Positions 27,877 through 37,949 of a DNA stretch of 64,000 nt are shown here, in pieces. The first letter of the stretch is position 1, and every line of letters starts with the position of its first letter. The DNA is from Candidatus Bathyarchaeota archaeon. Its GTDB lineage: Archaea > Thermoproteota > Bathyarchaeia > 40CM-2-53-6 > RBG-13-38-9. The notes under the pieces are model-generated. The model was given only the letters and a program-made list of their open reading frames with translations. It was not told where the DNA came from and did no database searches. The DNA is taken from positions 64,001 through 128,000 of the forward strand of contig CAWECG010000004.1 of NCBI GenBank assembly GCA_963807605.1, given 5' to 3'. A program made the position numbers and the translations under genes.

Positions 27877-27990
27877 GCTCCGGTAGTATAGCCCGGTCAA
27901 GTTCAGCCGAAAGTATGACGGCCTCTCGAGTCGCCGACGCGGGTTCAAAAGCAGTCACAATGCCTGCTGAAATTCCCGCCCGGAGCACCA
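27877..27990 (+). tRNA. tRNA-Glu(CTC) with two introns (20b/21: 27900-27911; 59/60: 27950-27973)
   Basis: GCTCCGG/CCGGAGC acceptor, CT CTC GA loop, GCGGG/CCCGC T-stem, A-CCA; BHB helices CGGT/GCCG and TTCA/TGAA. Confidence 0.92.
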
Positions 27991-28013
27991 ACTGTGAGAC
28001 GGTGGCGATAAGA

Positions 28014-28619
28014 TTGAGTAAGATAGTGGTGACTGGGACTCCTGGTTCCGGAAAGACAACCGTCGCTAGATTGATGGCTAAATCACTCAACGGCATCCAT
28101 ATAGACTGTGGCAGGCTAGCCCTTCGTGAAGGCCTGATACGCAGATACGACCCTGCTACCGGTTCATACGTAGTTGACTCACAAGGCCTTTCGAGACGAC
28201 TTCACAAGATTCTGAAATATGTGCAGAAAGATGTCATCCTTGAAGGGCACGTGATCCCGAGCATACCAGGATTCGCACCCTCAAGAGTCTTCGTCCTGAG
28301 ATGTCATCCTGACCTCTTGATCGCGAGGCTCAAACGAAGAGGCTACTCAAGAAGAAAAATCGTTGAGAATATTGCCGCTGAGATCTTGGACTCTTGCCTC
28401 GAAGAGGCTGTCGAATTATTCGGGATTAAAAGGATCGTCGAGTTGGATTCCTCTAATAAACGTCCCGCACAAGTCGCGTCGCTAGCATTCAGGATCCTCT
28501 TGGGAGAAGTTAAAGGAACACGTAATCATATGGACTGGATTCGAAGACTCGAGAGGGAAGGTAGGCTATATGAGATTCTGAATTATGTGGAGACAAAGAC
28601 TAGCCGCGATTATCTTTAG
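28014..28619 (+). CDS. AK6/Fap7-like adenylate kinase
   Basis: TGTPGSGKT, LEGH, VLRCHP..L..RL..RGY...KI.EN; the ORF-track start overlaps the tRNA so the start was moved. Confidence 0.9.
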   Translation: MSKIVVTGTPGSGKTTVARLMAKSLNGIHIDCGRLALREGLIRRYDPATGSYVVDSQGLSRRLHKILKYVQKDVILEGHVIPSIPGFAPSRVFVLRCHPDLLIARLKRRGYSRRKIVENIAAEILDSCLEEAVELFGIKRIVELDSSNKRPAQVASLAFRILLGEVKGTRNHMDWIRRLEREGRLYEILNYVETKTSRDYL

Positions 28620-28626
28620 TTAGAAC

Positions 28627-28887
28627 GTGATGATATTGCACTCGAGTTCTGCCAAGAACAGATACGCTATAATTCGATGCCCTAGGTGTGATGGTCTGCA
28701 GGTTGTTCGTTCAGGAGTGAAATCCCATGGGTGTTCCTACTGCGACAAGATCATTAGGCTTGAAGGGTCAGCAACCAGACCACTATTGCTAACCGATTCC
28801 TCTCGCGAGGCATCGAGAGTAGTCATGAAGCTCAAGAGCAAAGAGACACTTGACCGGACCTCGGGACGGACCGTGCCAAAGTCATAA
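28627..28887 (+). CDS. Zn-ribbon protein (DUF1922-like)
   Basis: CPRC...CSYC. Confidence 0.7.
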   Translation: MMILHSSSAKNRYAIIRCPRCDGLQVVRSGVKSHGCSYCDKIIRLEGSATRPLLLTDSSREASRVVMKLKSKETLDRTSGRTVPKS

Positions 28888-28925
28888 AAGGGAACGGGTA
28901 GTATTGATGAAATGGTTATGCTTGA

Positions 28926-29354
28926 ATGTCATCAGTTGTCGAGCGAAGATTTAGGGAGGAACTATCGTTACTTCTCCAGAAGCCAGTTACTGTCCGAACA
29001 TCTCTTGGCAAAACATATACAGGGATCCTTTACGGCGTGGATGCAAATACCCTCAGCCTCTGTCTGGCGAACGTTAAAGACGAATCCGGTCAAGAAGTAC
29101 CTCGATTGTTCATCAATGGGAGGGCAGTCTTCGAAGTTCACGGGCTGGAGATGTCGTTCGACCTTCGTAGCTTTGCAGAGCGACTTGAGAGAGTATTTCC
29201 AAAGATGGTAAAGATAATCGATGAGGCCGGAGTCGTAGTTGTTATGGACAAGATCAGGGTTACTGAAAAAGGAGTGATCGAGGGAAGAGGTCCCGCTACT
29301 GAGCGGGTTCAGAAGGTTTACGAAGAATTCATGCGCGAGAGAAAATCTCCCTAG
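28926..29354 (+). CDS. Lsm/SmAP3-type RNA-binding protein
   Basis: Sm fold (GKTYTGILYGVD, LFING) plus C-terminal domain. Confidence 0.9.
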   Translation: MSSVVERRFREELSLLLQKPVTVRTSLGKTYTGILYGVDANTLSLCLANVKDESGQEVPRLFINGRAVFEVHGLEMSFDLRSFAERLERVFPKMVKIIDEAGVVVVMDKIRVTEKGVIEGRGPATERVQKVYEEFMRERKSP

Positions 29355-29359
29355 ATCTC

Positions 29360-30067
29360 TTATCTGTCGGTTGTGAGCTCTTTACTCTCTTTGCCTAGAA
29401 GCATCTGTGTCGCTTCAACAGCCTTATCCAAGCCGGAGACGTCCACAGTCAATCCCAAAAACCTCGACAAGAAGTCAAGTGCCACCCGTGCCGCCAATGC
29501 ATCTGGGTATAGGCCCAGTGTCTCAACGAGTATACAGTAACCATTCATCTTTCGAAGTCCTGCCAGACCGGGTAGAATACCTGCAGCCCCGTAGATCCTT
29601 CCTGTGAGTTTTGAGGCACCCAGACGTAAGGTGCCTTCAAGACTGTTCTTGTCCGTCGCAGTGCAGTAGACTTTGGGAGACGCTGAGGATGAATCCCTCT
29701 TGAGCCCACCGATCGTAACAACAGTCTGGCAGCCTAAGGATCGGACGACGTCTAGAATCCTCCCAGCAAGTTCGTATTGACCCTCAACACTCAGAGCCTG
29801 TGTATTACCGTAGAGAATGATGACATCATTCGTCGCTTCGGTCTTGGCGTAAAAGAGCTCGTTTATCGGAGACCTTATACCTCCATTTTCAGTGGTCAGA
29901 GCAATAGCCTGGAATGAGGGCAAGTGGATCGTACAGAAACGTTTTGCTTTGGTTTCCTTGATCAGATGCAGTCCAACAATATTTGCCACGAATCCTATGC
30001 CGGGTAAGGCCTCTATTAACACGGGGTTTTTCAACTGTGGCTTCTCAGAGAAGACTTCAATGTTCAA
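29360..30067 (-). CDS. PAC2-family proteasome assembly chaperone
   Basis: LIEALPGIGFVA, TIGG, IYGAAG, YPD. Confidence 0.9.
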   Translation of the reverse strand: MNIEVFSEKPQLKNPVLIEALPGIGFVANIVGLHLIKETKAKRFCTIHLPSFQAIALTTENGGIRSPINELFYAKTEATNDVIILYGNTQALSVEGQYELAGRILDVVRSLGCQTVVTIGGLKRDSSSASPKVYCTATDKNSLEGTLRLGASKLTGRIYGAAGILPGLAGLRKMNGYCILVETLGLYPDALAARVALDFLSRFLGLTVDVSGLDKAVEATQMLLGKESKELTTDR

Positions 30068-30107
30068 TTTAGGAGATCCTTCTGGGACTCCGAGCTATCA
30101 AGAACCT

Positions 30108-30299
30108 TCAGGGCTGCTTTTTGCTTCTGAGGACTCCGCTCTGTGCAAATTTTGCCTTGGGCATCTCGTGGAATTCTATCCAGACGATCTCTTTTGAGAC
30201 CCCAAGTATCGTTACGAAGGCTTCTGTGATTGCTTCCGCAAGTTTCTCTATTTGCTCTTGGCTTCGTCCTTCGACTAGATTTACCTGAACAAAAGGCAT
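30108..30299 (-). CDS. 4-oxalocrotonate tautomerase family protein
   Basis: N-terminal Pro, GRSQEQ..KL...IT. Confidence 0.9.
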   Translation of the reverse strand: MPFVQVNLVEGRSQEQIEKLAEAITEAFVTILGVSKEIVWIEFHEMPKAKFAQSGVLRSKKQP

Positions 30300-30409
30300 C
30301 GATATCACCAAGACGGGTACTCATCGACTTCCTTAACAAGTTTCCGAGTAATTGTGCAGCTTATATGCAGCTTGACTATCCCGTAACAAATGTCTTGAGG
30401 AAGATACAC

Positions 30410-32080
30410 ATGGCGTCGAAGATGAATTTCAAACCTCTCTTAAGAAGGGATGACATTTTCGAAGTCACGAACAAAGACATGTTGGGCAGAATAGGAAGGC
30501 TTCACACAAAGAGTGGAACAATAGAGACTCCAGCACTTCTTCCCGTGGTTCATCCAACTGACCAGATAGTATCTCCAAGAGAAATCGGTAGCATGGGATT
30601 CCAAGCAATAATGACAAACGCCTATTTGACTCGTAGGGCTTTCGGTCGCGACGTAAGCAAGAGAATTCACGATCTTCTTGATTTTCCAGGGATAGTTGCA
30701 ACAGACTCCGGCGCTTATCAGATACTAACATATGGCAAGGTGGACATCAGTCAGACAGAGGTAATCAAGTTTCAGGAGCGGATAGAATCCGACATTGCCG
30801 TCATACTCGACATACCCACAGGCCTAACCGCAGATAGGAAACATGCAGAGAGCACCGTCAAAGAAACGATAGTGCGAGCCGACCTAGCCATCGGGACAAT
30901 CGAGGAGCAGAGGATCCTTTGGGTTGGCCCAATTCAAGGGGGCATTCATCTAGACTTGGTATCGCAATGCGCAGCAGAGATGAGCAAGAGGCCCTTTTCA
31001 ATTCTAGCATTAGGCAGTCCGACCCAAGTGATGGAGCAATATATGTATCGAACGCTTGTCCAGATGATCGTTGCTTGCAAGCAGAACATCAGACCGAGCA
31101 TTCCCCTCCACCTCTTCGGTGGGGGACATCCGTCGATGTTTGGCTTGGCAGTCTCTCTGGGATGCGATCTCTTTGACTCAGCTTCCTATGCAATATACGC
31201 CAGAAAGAATCGGTATCTCACACCGAATGGAACAATAAGGCTAGAGGAGCTTCAGTACTTGCCATGTTCTTGTGAGGTATGTAGAAGTCTCTCCGCCAAG
31301 GATCTGATCAATTCTCCTCCTCCTGAAAGGATGAGAAAACTCGCGATCCACAACCTCAATGCCTGTCTTGAGGAGATACGCAGGGTCAAGGAGAGTATCA
31401 TAGAAGGAAGGCTATGGGAGCTGGTCATGCAAAGGGCTAGAGCTCACCCCAGACTATTTGAGTCTATTCACGAGTTTGGAAAGTACAGGAACCTGTTCGA
31501 AGGTCACTCGCCACTATCAAAGAAGAGGGGGCTCTTCTTCTTTGACCATCTGGATCTCGATAGGCCTGAGGTCTTTAGGTTCAGAAAACGTGTGGCTAGC
31601 ATTTACCACTCACTTGAAGGGTCAAAAACGCTGGTTCTGCTTCCACTGCCTCCAACTAAACCATATGTTGAAGACAGAAATCTGAAGAATCTCCTGAAAT
31701 CAATTGACAGATCGGAAGATTTCCACGTATGTTTTTATGGCATTCCTCTTGGAGCGATTCCTCTAGAGTTGGGAGATGTCTACCCAGTCGCCCAGACAGA
31801 GGCTGATAACGAGCCAAACAGTATTGTCGTACAAGACACCGCCAAGGTCCTGGCCCAATACTTGAGGGGCTCCGGGTGTAGAAAGATAATTCTTCACGTT
31901 TCAAACGAATCTTGGCATCGTGAGATAGAATTCAGAATCAAGAAGGTATGCAGGGAGACCCATAGGAATTTGGTAATCTCGCGCTGTGGAGACGATGTTT
32001 GGGGTGCTGAAGCATTCGCCAGACTATCCTCTCATCTGACCACGTCGAGGAAAGGTCGCAAACACGCGTGCGTCAAGTGA
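30410..32080 (+). CDS. tgtA: Archaeosine tRNA-guanine(15) transglycosylase
   Basis: GRIGRL.T..G.IETP, TDSGAYQ, HLFGGGHP, DLFDSASY, CSCEVC. Confidence 0.95.
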   Translation: MASKMNFKPLLRRDDIFEVTNKDMLGRIGRLHTKSGTIETPALLPVVHPTDQIVSPREIGSMGFQAIMTNAYLTRRAFGRDVSKRIHDLLDFPGIVATDSGAYQILTYGKVDISQTEVIKFQERIESDIAVILDIPTGLTADRKHAESTVKETIVRADLAIGTIEEQRILWVGPIQGGIHLDLVSQCAAEMSKRPFSILALGSPTQVMEQYMYRTLVQMIVACKQNIRPSIPLHLFGGGHPSMFGLAVSLGCDLFDSASYAIYARKNRYLTPNGTIRLEELQYLPCSCEVCRSLSAKDLINSPPPERMRKLAIHNLNACLEEIRRVKESIIEGRLWELVMQRARAHPRLFESIHEFGKYRNLFEGHSPLSKKRGLFFFDHLDLDRPEVFRFRKRVASIYHSLEGSKTLVLLPLPPTKPYVEDRNLKNLLKSIDRSEDFHVCFYGIPLGAIPLELGDVYPVAQTEADNEPNSIVVQDTAKVLAQYLRGSGCRKIILHVSNESWHREIEFRIKKVCRETHRNLVISRCGDDVWGAEAFARLSSHLTTSRKGRKHACVK

Positions 32081-32175
32081 CAGAGAGTAGTACTTCTTAA
32101 CCACAGCCTTTGCATGAAAAAAGTCGTTTGCTGCAAGGTAACTGATGCGTGCGTAGGAAGTTTTCCACGGAAAAC

Positions 32176-32877
32176 CTAGACGAACATTCCTTGAAGCGAT
32201 CTATGTGCTTGCTTCATCCTTTGCTCAATTTCAGTCTCAATTTCTCTGGCATCTCTCTCCAGGTCGGCGACGTTCACTTTCATGTTGTATGTCTTACAGA
32301 GACTTCGTATTGCGACCGCGGCAGCCGCTGGATCTGGTCTCGTTAATGATGCGTAAGGAAGAATAGCCATGGCAGGAAAGTTGTGTATCTCAAATTCACC
32401 CAGCATTATTGCCAGTGGACCGTAAACGAAGAGTTCCTCCTCAAGCCTGAGAGCGTTCAAGGATCGGTTACGTATAGGATAGGCTTTGGTATGGACGACC
32501 CTAAGGGTGGAATTACTGGTCTTGAAACTTGAGTCGAGGCCACCAATCAACACAGCATCTTTGAATCTCTCCTTCACAACCCATTGGGATAGAGTCTTGA
32601 CAAACTCGGCTTCTTCGCTCTTGTGAGGTGAGAATTCAAACCTGGCAATGATCATTCTGCCTTTCTTATAGATCTCGAATGGCGTGACTAGTGCCTTAGG
32701 TGTCGAATTCACAAAGGGCGGAGGATGTGCAACTTCGATGAACCCAATCCTTTGAGCCTGCAACGCGTGAACCAGAAAAGAGGTGGCAATGTACCCAGTC
32801 TCCCCGATTCCATGAAAACCCGTTATCAATGTGGAACCCTTGTAGTTGTCTCTGCTAACGTTTATCTGAACTGTCAT
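32176..32877 (-). CDS. PAC2-family proteasome assembly chaperone
   Basis: ITGFHGIGETGYIA, LIGGLD, GPLA, RPDP. Confidence 0.9.
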   Translation of the reverse strand: MTVQINVSRDNYKGSTLITGFHGIGETGYIATSFLVHALQAQRIGFIEVAHPPPFVNSTPKALVTPFEIYKKGRMIIARFEFSPHKSEEAEFVKTLSQWVVKERFKDAVLIGGLDSSFKTSNSTLRVVHTKAYPIRNRSLNALRLEEELFVYGPLAIMLGEFEIHNFPAMAILPYASLTRPDPAAAAVAIRSLCKTYNMKVNVADLERDAREIETEIEQRMKQAHRSLQGMFV

Positions 32878-33557
32878 CCTAAAGACCGGCCAATGGGCTA
32901 GTGGCAAGAGGAAAACCTATCATTAAAGTATTGCTCTGAAGGTTTTCGTTGTGTGTTAATTCGAGCATTTTCGGATTGGTCTCTGGCAGTTCTAGTTTGT
33001 TCTCTAGGCTAAATTCTTGGGGGTCGAAGAGTCTGAGGGTGGAGAGGTCAAATTGAATGATAGGTGTCAGGGGGCGATTGAGGCGTTGGCTAGCCAACCT
33101 TATCCGCCAAGATGTTTATGCCGCTTCCTCGTAAGGAGCGAATCAATCAGCAGAACGCTTAGTTCTTCTCAGACGGTGGTCTTTCTGGGACTTTGGCTTT
33201 TGACCTTTTATGTGTAGGAAAACATGCCTTGCTGATTCGTCCCTTGGTTCTCCTGCTTACGCTGATTTTTTTGGACTCCTCCCCGGATTTTGATATGAAT
33301 CCATACTGGAGCGGCAGTTCTACAGAATCCTAATAATACTGACGAATATCAAAGAAGCAGGAAGCCGTGATGTTGGCTTCGTTTCGCAAAAAAAGTTAAG
33401 CGAAAGTGCAGTTAGGTTTTCAGAAATAGACGACGGCATTGCTGTACGTTGAGCTTCGCTTTCCGGAGCCAACGTACATTCTCGTGAGAATCTCTCTCAC
33501 GGCCGCTACGAATATGCAAACTGAGATGCACTATATAAGCTGATCTCGAGCAATTCA

Positions 33558-33920
33558 TTACCCTGCTGGCGACCTCAGTAGAATTTGTGCCTTGACTTGT
33601 TCGTACTTCACAGCAATTAACAGTAGCACGGCGGCAGCCACCAAGAATCCCAAGCAAAGAATGATACTTTGAGGGCTTGGATTTGGGTTTGCGAAAAGTA
33701 TTATCAAGTCTGCTACTACGAGCGCTACACCAAGAAATCCTGTGACCATCCTCCAAAAATTCGTCACTTTCTGTTCAGCGGCCAGATCAGACTTCAGGTT
33801 TTTGATCCGGTCGCTTAATTGCATCACAGACTGCTCGTGTTGGCGGCTAAGCTCACTTATCTTCTCATCAAACACGTAGCCGATGTGAGAATTGAGTTCT
33901 CTTTTCAACTCCTCCATCAA
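33558..33920 (-). CDS. Hypothetical coiled-coil + two-TM protein
   Basis: Downstream of the recombinase, two hydrophobic helices. Confidence 0.55.
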   Translation of the reverse strand: MMEELKRELNSHIGYVFDEKISELSRQHEQSVMQLSDRIKNLKSDLAAEQKVTNFWRMVTGFLGVALVVADLIILFANPNPSPQSIILCLGFLVAAAVLLLIAVKYEQVKAQILLRSPAG

Positions 33921-34070
33921 AGGTTGTACGGCTTTTCCCTCTTTTCGTGCAGCTGAGACCTTCGACGTATACGCGCGCGCGTTGCGGCTGTCAAGAAAAG
34001 AAGCAGAGATAGATTCATCGATCTATTTTATTGACGATCTCCTAAGCTGAAGCAGGGGCCTTCTAACTTC

Positions 34071-35219
34071 TCAAAAGTTTCCTTCGCCATGTTTCTCTTC
34101 CACGGGGGACAATTTGGCTCCTACACGGTTCTCAAGGGCATCCAGAAGCTTCTCAAATGCGGGCCTGTTCCGTATGATCATTTCGATCATGTCCTCGGCA
34201 TTCTGCAGTTGTGGGCTCATGGAGGATCCTGACATAATGTTGAGGTATTTCTCAGCTACCCGGTAATGCTCCAGAGTGTAGTTCTTGTCCATGTAGAACT
34301 TGTCGTATTGATTCGGATCCGCGGTGTGTCCCATCCAATACTCGACGCAGTCAAGGTCTAAGCCCTCGCCTTTACCCTTCAGGTGTAACAGTGTTCTCGC
34401 GACATCTCTGAACTCGTGGAGATTGTAGCCGTAGCGGGCAGCCTTCGAGTGGCCACGCTGAACATATTTGAGCCGCTCGAGCAGTCTCATGTGGAGCTGC
34501 CGATATGATTTCTTCGTGCAGCCTCGGCCGCCGTTGATCATCAAGATCTGCTCACCCTCTCGAGGCCAGCTGCGGATCCTCTCAAAATACTCCTTCCAAG
34601 CCGCCAGAGCGTCGCGGCCTATGAAGGTCTGAAACTTCTTCTTGTTCTTGTTTCGCTTCCTGCCTGGGTACTCGAACATGAACGGCGTCCCGACTCCCTC
34701 CTTCTTCAGATGCTTAGTCAGCGCCTCACCGCATGAGTTGTTGAACTGTAGAAACCGCTCCAAGTCCATAAGGCCCTGCCACAAAGTCAAATAGAATGCC
34801 TTCCTTCCAAGAGGCGAACTATCAACCAATGTCTTAATGATCTCAACTGTCAACCTCCCGCTTGAGGGAGGCCGATCCGCATGAACCTGGAAATCATCAC
34901 TCGGCAGAGCCGCTCGGTTCTTCTTGAAGAAACTCCTGACAATCGCATACTGAACGATCAAACTGTTGTAGGTTCCATTCTTCCCCTGGAAATAATTCTG
35001 CAAGGCGTCAAGAATCACAAACTGGCTGTTCTTCTCAGCGTTCAACTGAAAATCAATAAGCTCCCTCGGAGTCAAACCCCCAAGCCGCTCATGACCCAGC
35101 AAGAACTCGAGAAACCCAGCCAACTTGTACGCCCGGTTTCGTCGATCGACGGCTGGATAATGGCTTAACCACTTGGCAACCGCTGGATCACCTGACAGCG
35201 GCTCCACCTTGGATGTCAA
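34071..35219 (-). CDS. Second tyrosine recombinase/integrase-like protein
   Basis: LHEFRD (HxxR), YWMGH, NQYDKF. Confidence 0.85.
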   Translation of the reverse strand: MTSKVEPLSGDPAVAKWLSHYPAVDRRNRAYKLAGFLEFLLGHERLGGLTPRELIDFQLNAEKNSQFVILDALQNYFQGKNGTYNSLIVQYAIVRSFFKKNRAALPSDDFQVHADRPPSSGRLTVEIIKTLVDSSPLGRKAFYLTLWQGLMDLERFLQFNNSCGEALTKHLKKEGVGTPFMFEYPGRKRNKNKKKFQTFIGRDALAAWKEYFERIRSWPREGEQILMINGGRGCTKKSYRQLHMRLLERLKYVQRGHSKAARYGYNLHEFRDVARTLLHLKGKGEGLDLDCVEYWMGHTADPNQYDKFYMDKNYTLEHYRVAEKYLNIMSGSSMSPQLQNAEDMIEMIIRNRPAFEKLLDALENRVGAKLSPVEEKHGEGNF

Positions 35220-35397
35220 CAGTCAAACCACTAACCGTAACAAGATTCAAATTAAATATATAACAAGACTGACATCGTTAAGGTATTACTGAAAACACAT
35301 CGTAGAGTGGCGGTCTGTTGATGACTATTTCACATTCTCGCTCTGTTTAATAGCAAGACGGAATAGTGGAACCTTCATATCGCCTTGTGAAGAGTGC

Positions 35398-36660
35398 ATG
35401 ATTTTGAAGCTTCAATTCCTAGGAGCATGTCGTGAAGTTGGCAGGTCAGCGGTGGCCGTTGAAGTAAATGCAAAACGTCTCTTATTGGATTACGGCGTGC
35501 TTATGGATGAGCCTGTAGGTTTTCCAACACATATATCCCCTAAAGACTTGGACGCCATCTTACTTTCGCACGCCCATTTGGACCACAGCGGCTTATTGCC
35601 GATCTTCTACTTGCGACGTCACCTACCCCTATATGGTGTTCAGCCTACGTTCGACTTCACAAACTTGCTGATCAAGGACTTCATTCATATCAGCGGTTAT
35701 TTCCTTCCCTACGAGTATGTAGATCTTGATACTATGATGAAGAACTCCATCCCCATGCCCTACCGAAGAGAGTTTGAGATTGAAGGGACTAAGATCACCT
35801 TCCTCAATGCAGGACACATACCTGGCAGTTGCCAAATCTTGATCGAAGGTGAAGGCAAACGTATCCTTTATACCGGCGACTTCAATCCTGGCGAGACGAG
35901 AACGCTAGGCTCCGCGGATCGAGACTATGGCGACTTGGATGCGATAATCACTGAATCAACGTATGCGACAGAAGACCATCCTAACAGAGCCGTTGTAGAG
36001 AAAGAGTTTGTTTCAAGAGTGACAGAAGTGGTCGAGAGAGATGGCATTGCTTTGGTTCCAGCTTTTGGAGTGGGCAGATCACAAGAGGTTGCAACAGTAC
36101 TTGCAGCGCACGACTTCAAATATCCGGTATTTATGGATGGGATGGCGCTGGATGCTACCGAGATCCTAACAAACTATCCAAGTTCGCTGAGGGATGAAGA
36201 TCTATTCAAAAGAGCTGTCAAGAAGACTCGATGGGTCGGCAACTGGAACGAGAGGAGAAAAGTCGTCAAGACCCCCTCAGTAATAATCTCGCCTGCGGGC
36301 ATGCTTAAGGGAGGAGCGGCGATGTTTTACATGGAGCAGGTTGCTAAATCGGAGAAGAACGCCGTGTTTCTTGTGAGTTTCCAGATACCTGGAACTCCGG
36401 GGAGCATCCTTCTTGAGAAGAGGAGATTCGTACTGCAAGGCAGGCCCAGAAAAGTAAAAGCAGAGGTCGACAAGTTTGTCTTCACTTCCCACGGAGGTCG
36501 CAGTGACCTCGAAGCTACTCTATCAAAACTCAGTGGAAAGGCAAAGGTCTTCACCGTCCATGGAGCAGAAGCGAACTGTCTCAGACTTGCCAGCTGGGCA
36601 TCGAAAGAACTTGGTCTGGAAGCTTGCGCGCCCAAAGCCGGCGAAAGATTTGAAGTATAA
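35398..36660 (+). CDS. Beta-CASP metallo-beta-lactamase ribonuclease (aCPSF-like, no KH domains)
   Basis: GACREVGRSA, SHAHLDHSG, AGHIPGS, ESTY, GRSQE, VHG. Confidence 0.92.
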   Translation: MILKLQFLGACREVGRSAVAVEVNAKRLLLDYGVLMDEPVGFPTHISPKDLDAILLSHAHLDHSGLLPIFYLRRHLPLYGVQPTFDFTNLLIKDFIHISGYFLPYEYVDLDTMMKNSIPMPYRREFEIEGTKITFLNAGHIPGSCQILIEGEGKRILYTGDFNPGETRTLGSADRDYGDLDAIITESTYATEDHPNRAVVEKEFVSRVTEVVERDGIALVPAFGVGRSQEVATVLAAHDFKYPVFMDGMALDATEILTNYPSSLRDEDLFKRAVKKTRWVGNWNERRKVVKTPSVIISPAGMLKGGAAMFYMEQVAKSEKNAVFLVSFQIPGTPGSILLEKRRFVLQGRPRKVKAEVDKFVFTSHGGRSDLEATLSKLSGKAKVFTVHGAEANCLRLASWASKELGLEACAPKAGERFEV

Positions 36661-36804
36661 GCTGGGACTTTTACGCTTGTTGTTGTGATCGCAGAAGAGC
36701 TGATTCAACAGTCTGTAGATATCGTCTAGAAGTCGAAGGCATGCTATGAGGTTCCAACAGCGCTGCAAAGACACAAATTAAGATGATGGGAGTGTTCCTA
36801 AAGG

Positions 36805-37674
36805 ATGCAGGAAGAGGCTTCAGATCAAACGGGTGGACGAGCCTTCGAGGTTCGTCTGGAGTATTTGTTTCCCCTAGTGTGGGCACTCGTGCTTACAGGC
36901 GCTCTCTCAATTTACCTAGTGAGAATGGAGAGCTACCGTGAGCTGCTAACACTGTTCCCGGAGACGCCAGAAGGTGCATCCCTAAACTCACTCACGTTCG
37001 TCTTACCACTCTTCGTATCCGCAACGATTATGTACCTTCTAGTAAGGAGTCGCCATCTGAGGGTTGTGAAGCTCGTTGTGAGGATTTCTCTGGTCTTGGC
37101 AACTTTTCTATTAACGACCTGGTATACCTTCAAAATAGTCTGGGGTCTTCCCATATCAATTCCTAGTATGTACGTATCGACTTTGGCGTCAGCATGTCTG
37201 ACTGCCCTGATGCTCCTTGCAGTGTACAGAGCAGGAGGGCTGATGCAAGCCCTCGCTTTGGCATCGATAGGTGCATTAATAGGAACTTTCTTGGCCTTCT
37301 CCATACCAACATTGTCGGCCGTCGTGCTTCTTGGAGCCTTGGTGGTGTACGATATTCTCTCCGTTTACAAGGGCCCGATTGGTAAGCTTGTTGAGAATGT
37401 CAACCTGAAAGACTTCGTTGGTACGGTCTATACTCTAGGGGACGTTACCGTCGGCATGGGTGACATGGTCTTCTATTCGATGCTTGTCTCCATAGCCATC
37501 TCCAACTTTGGTGTTTTTTCATATGTAATGACTTCTTTAGGAGTCCTTGGAGGTGCCTACTTTGGGATGCGACTGCTCCGAAGGTGGGACTATCTGCCGG
37601 GTCTTCCCCTAGCCATACTTGGTGGACTCGTGCTGATGTTTCTGTCTGCACTTATGCTCGGCAAACTCACTTGA
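36805..37674 (+). CDS. Presenilin-family GxGD intramembrane aspartyl protease
   Basis: VYDILSV..GP, GMGDMVFYS, LPGLP. Confidence 0.9.
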   Translation: MQEEASDQTGGRAFEVRLEYLFPLVWALVLTGALSIYLVRMESYRELLTLFPETPEGASLNSLTFVLPLFVSATIMYLLVRSRHLRVVKLVVRISLVLATFLLTTWYTFKIVWGLPISIPSMYVSTLASACLTALMLLAVYRAGGLMQALALASIGALIGTFLAFSIPTLSAVVLLGALVVYDILSVYKGPIGKLVENVNLKDFVGTVYTLGDVTVGMGDMVFYSMLVSIAISNFGVFSYVMTSLGVLGGAYFGMRLLRRWDYLPGLPLAILGGLVLMFLSALMLGKLT

Positions 37675-37949
37675 CAATGAATCCGCGCTAAAGATCTGGC
37701 ATCTATTGGGTTGACGAAAGGACTCGTCTCCCTCCAACCCGAAGATCAGGCCAGCGTCCTCCGTTCTAGTCTTTTTCTTTAAAGGAGCTGCAGGAAATAA
37801 GCATATTCGCAAAACGAAGTATGCGACCTGAATGTAGTCGCGTCGAATGAGGCAGCTCGATTAGGACTAGCTTTTCGAGTTCGGGCTGGAGAGCCTGAAA
37901 ACCATATATGCATACTGTGAATCTGCATTGCCTTACAGGGTCAGACTCC

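Noticed and set aside
27873-28013. N-terminal extension of the adenylate kinase ORF
   Set aside because: It overlaps the tRNA-Glu gene; the likely start is TTG 28014.
34071-35219. XerA chromosome-dimer resolvase
   Set aside because: Longer than typical XerA, lacks the HxLRHSFAT-type motif, and sits in accessory-looking context.
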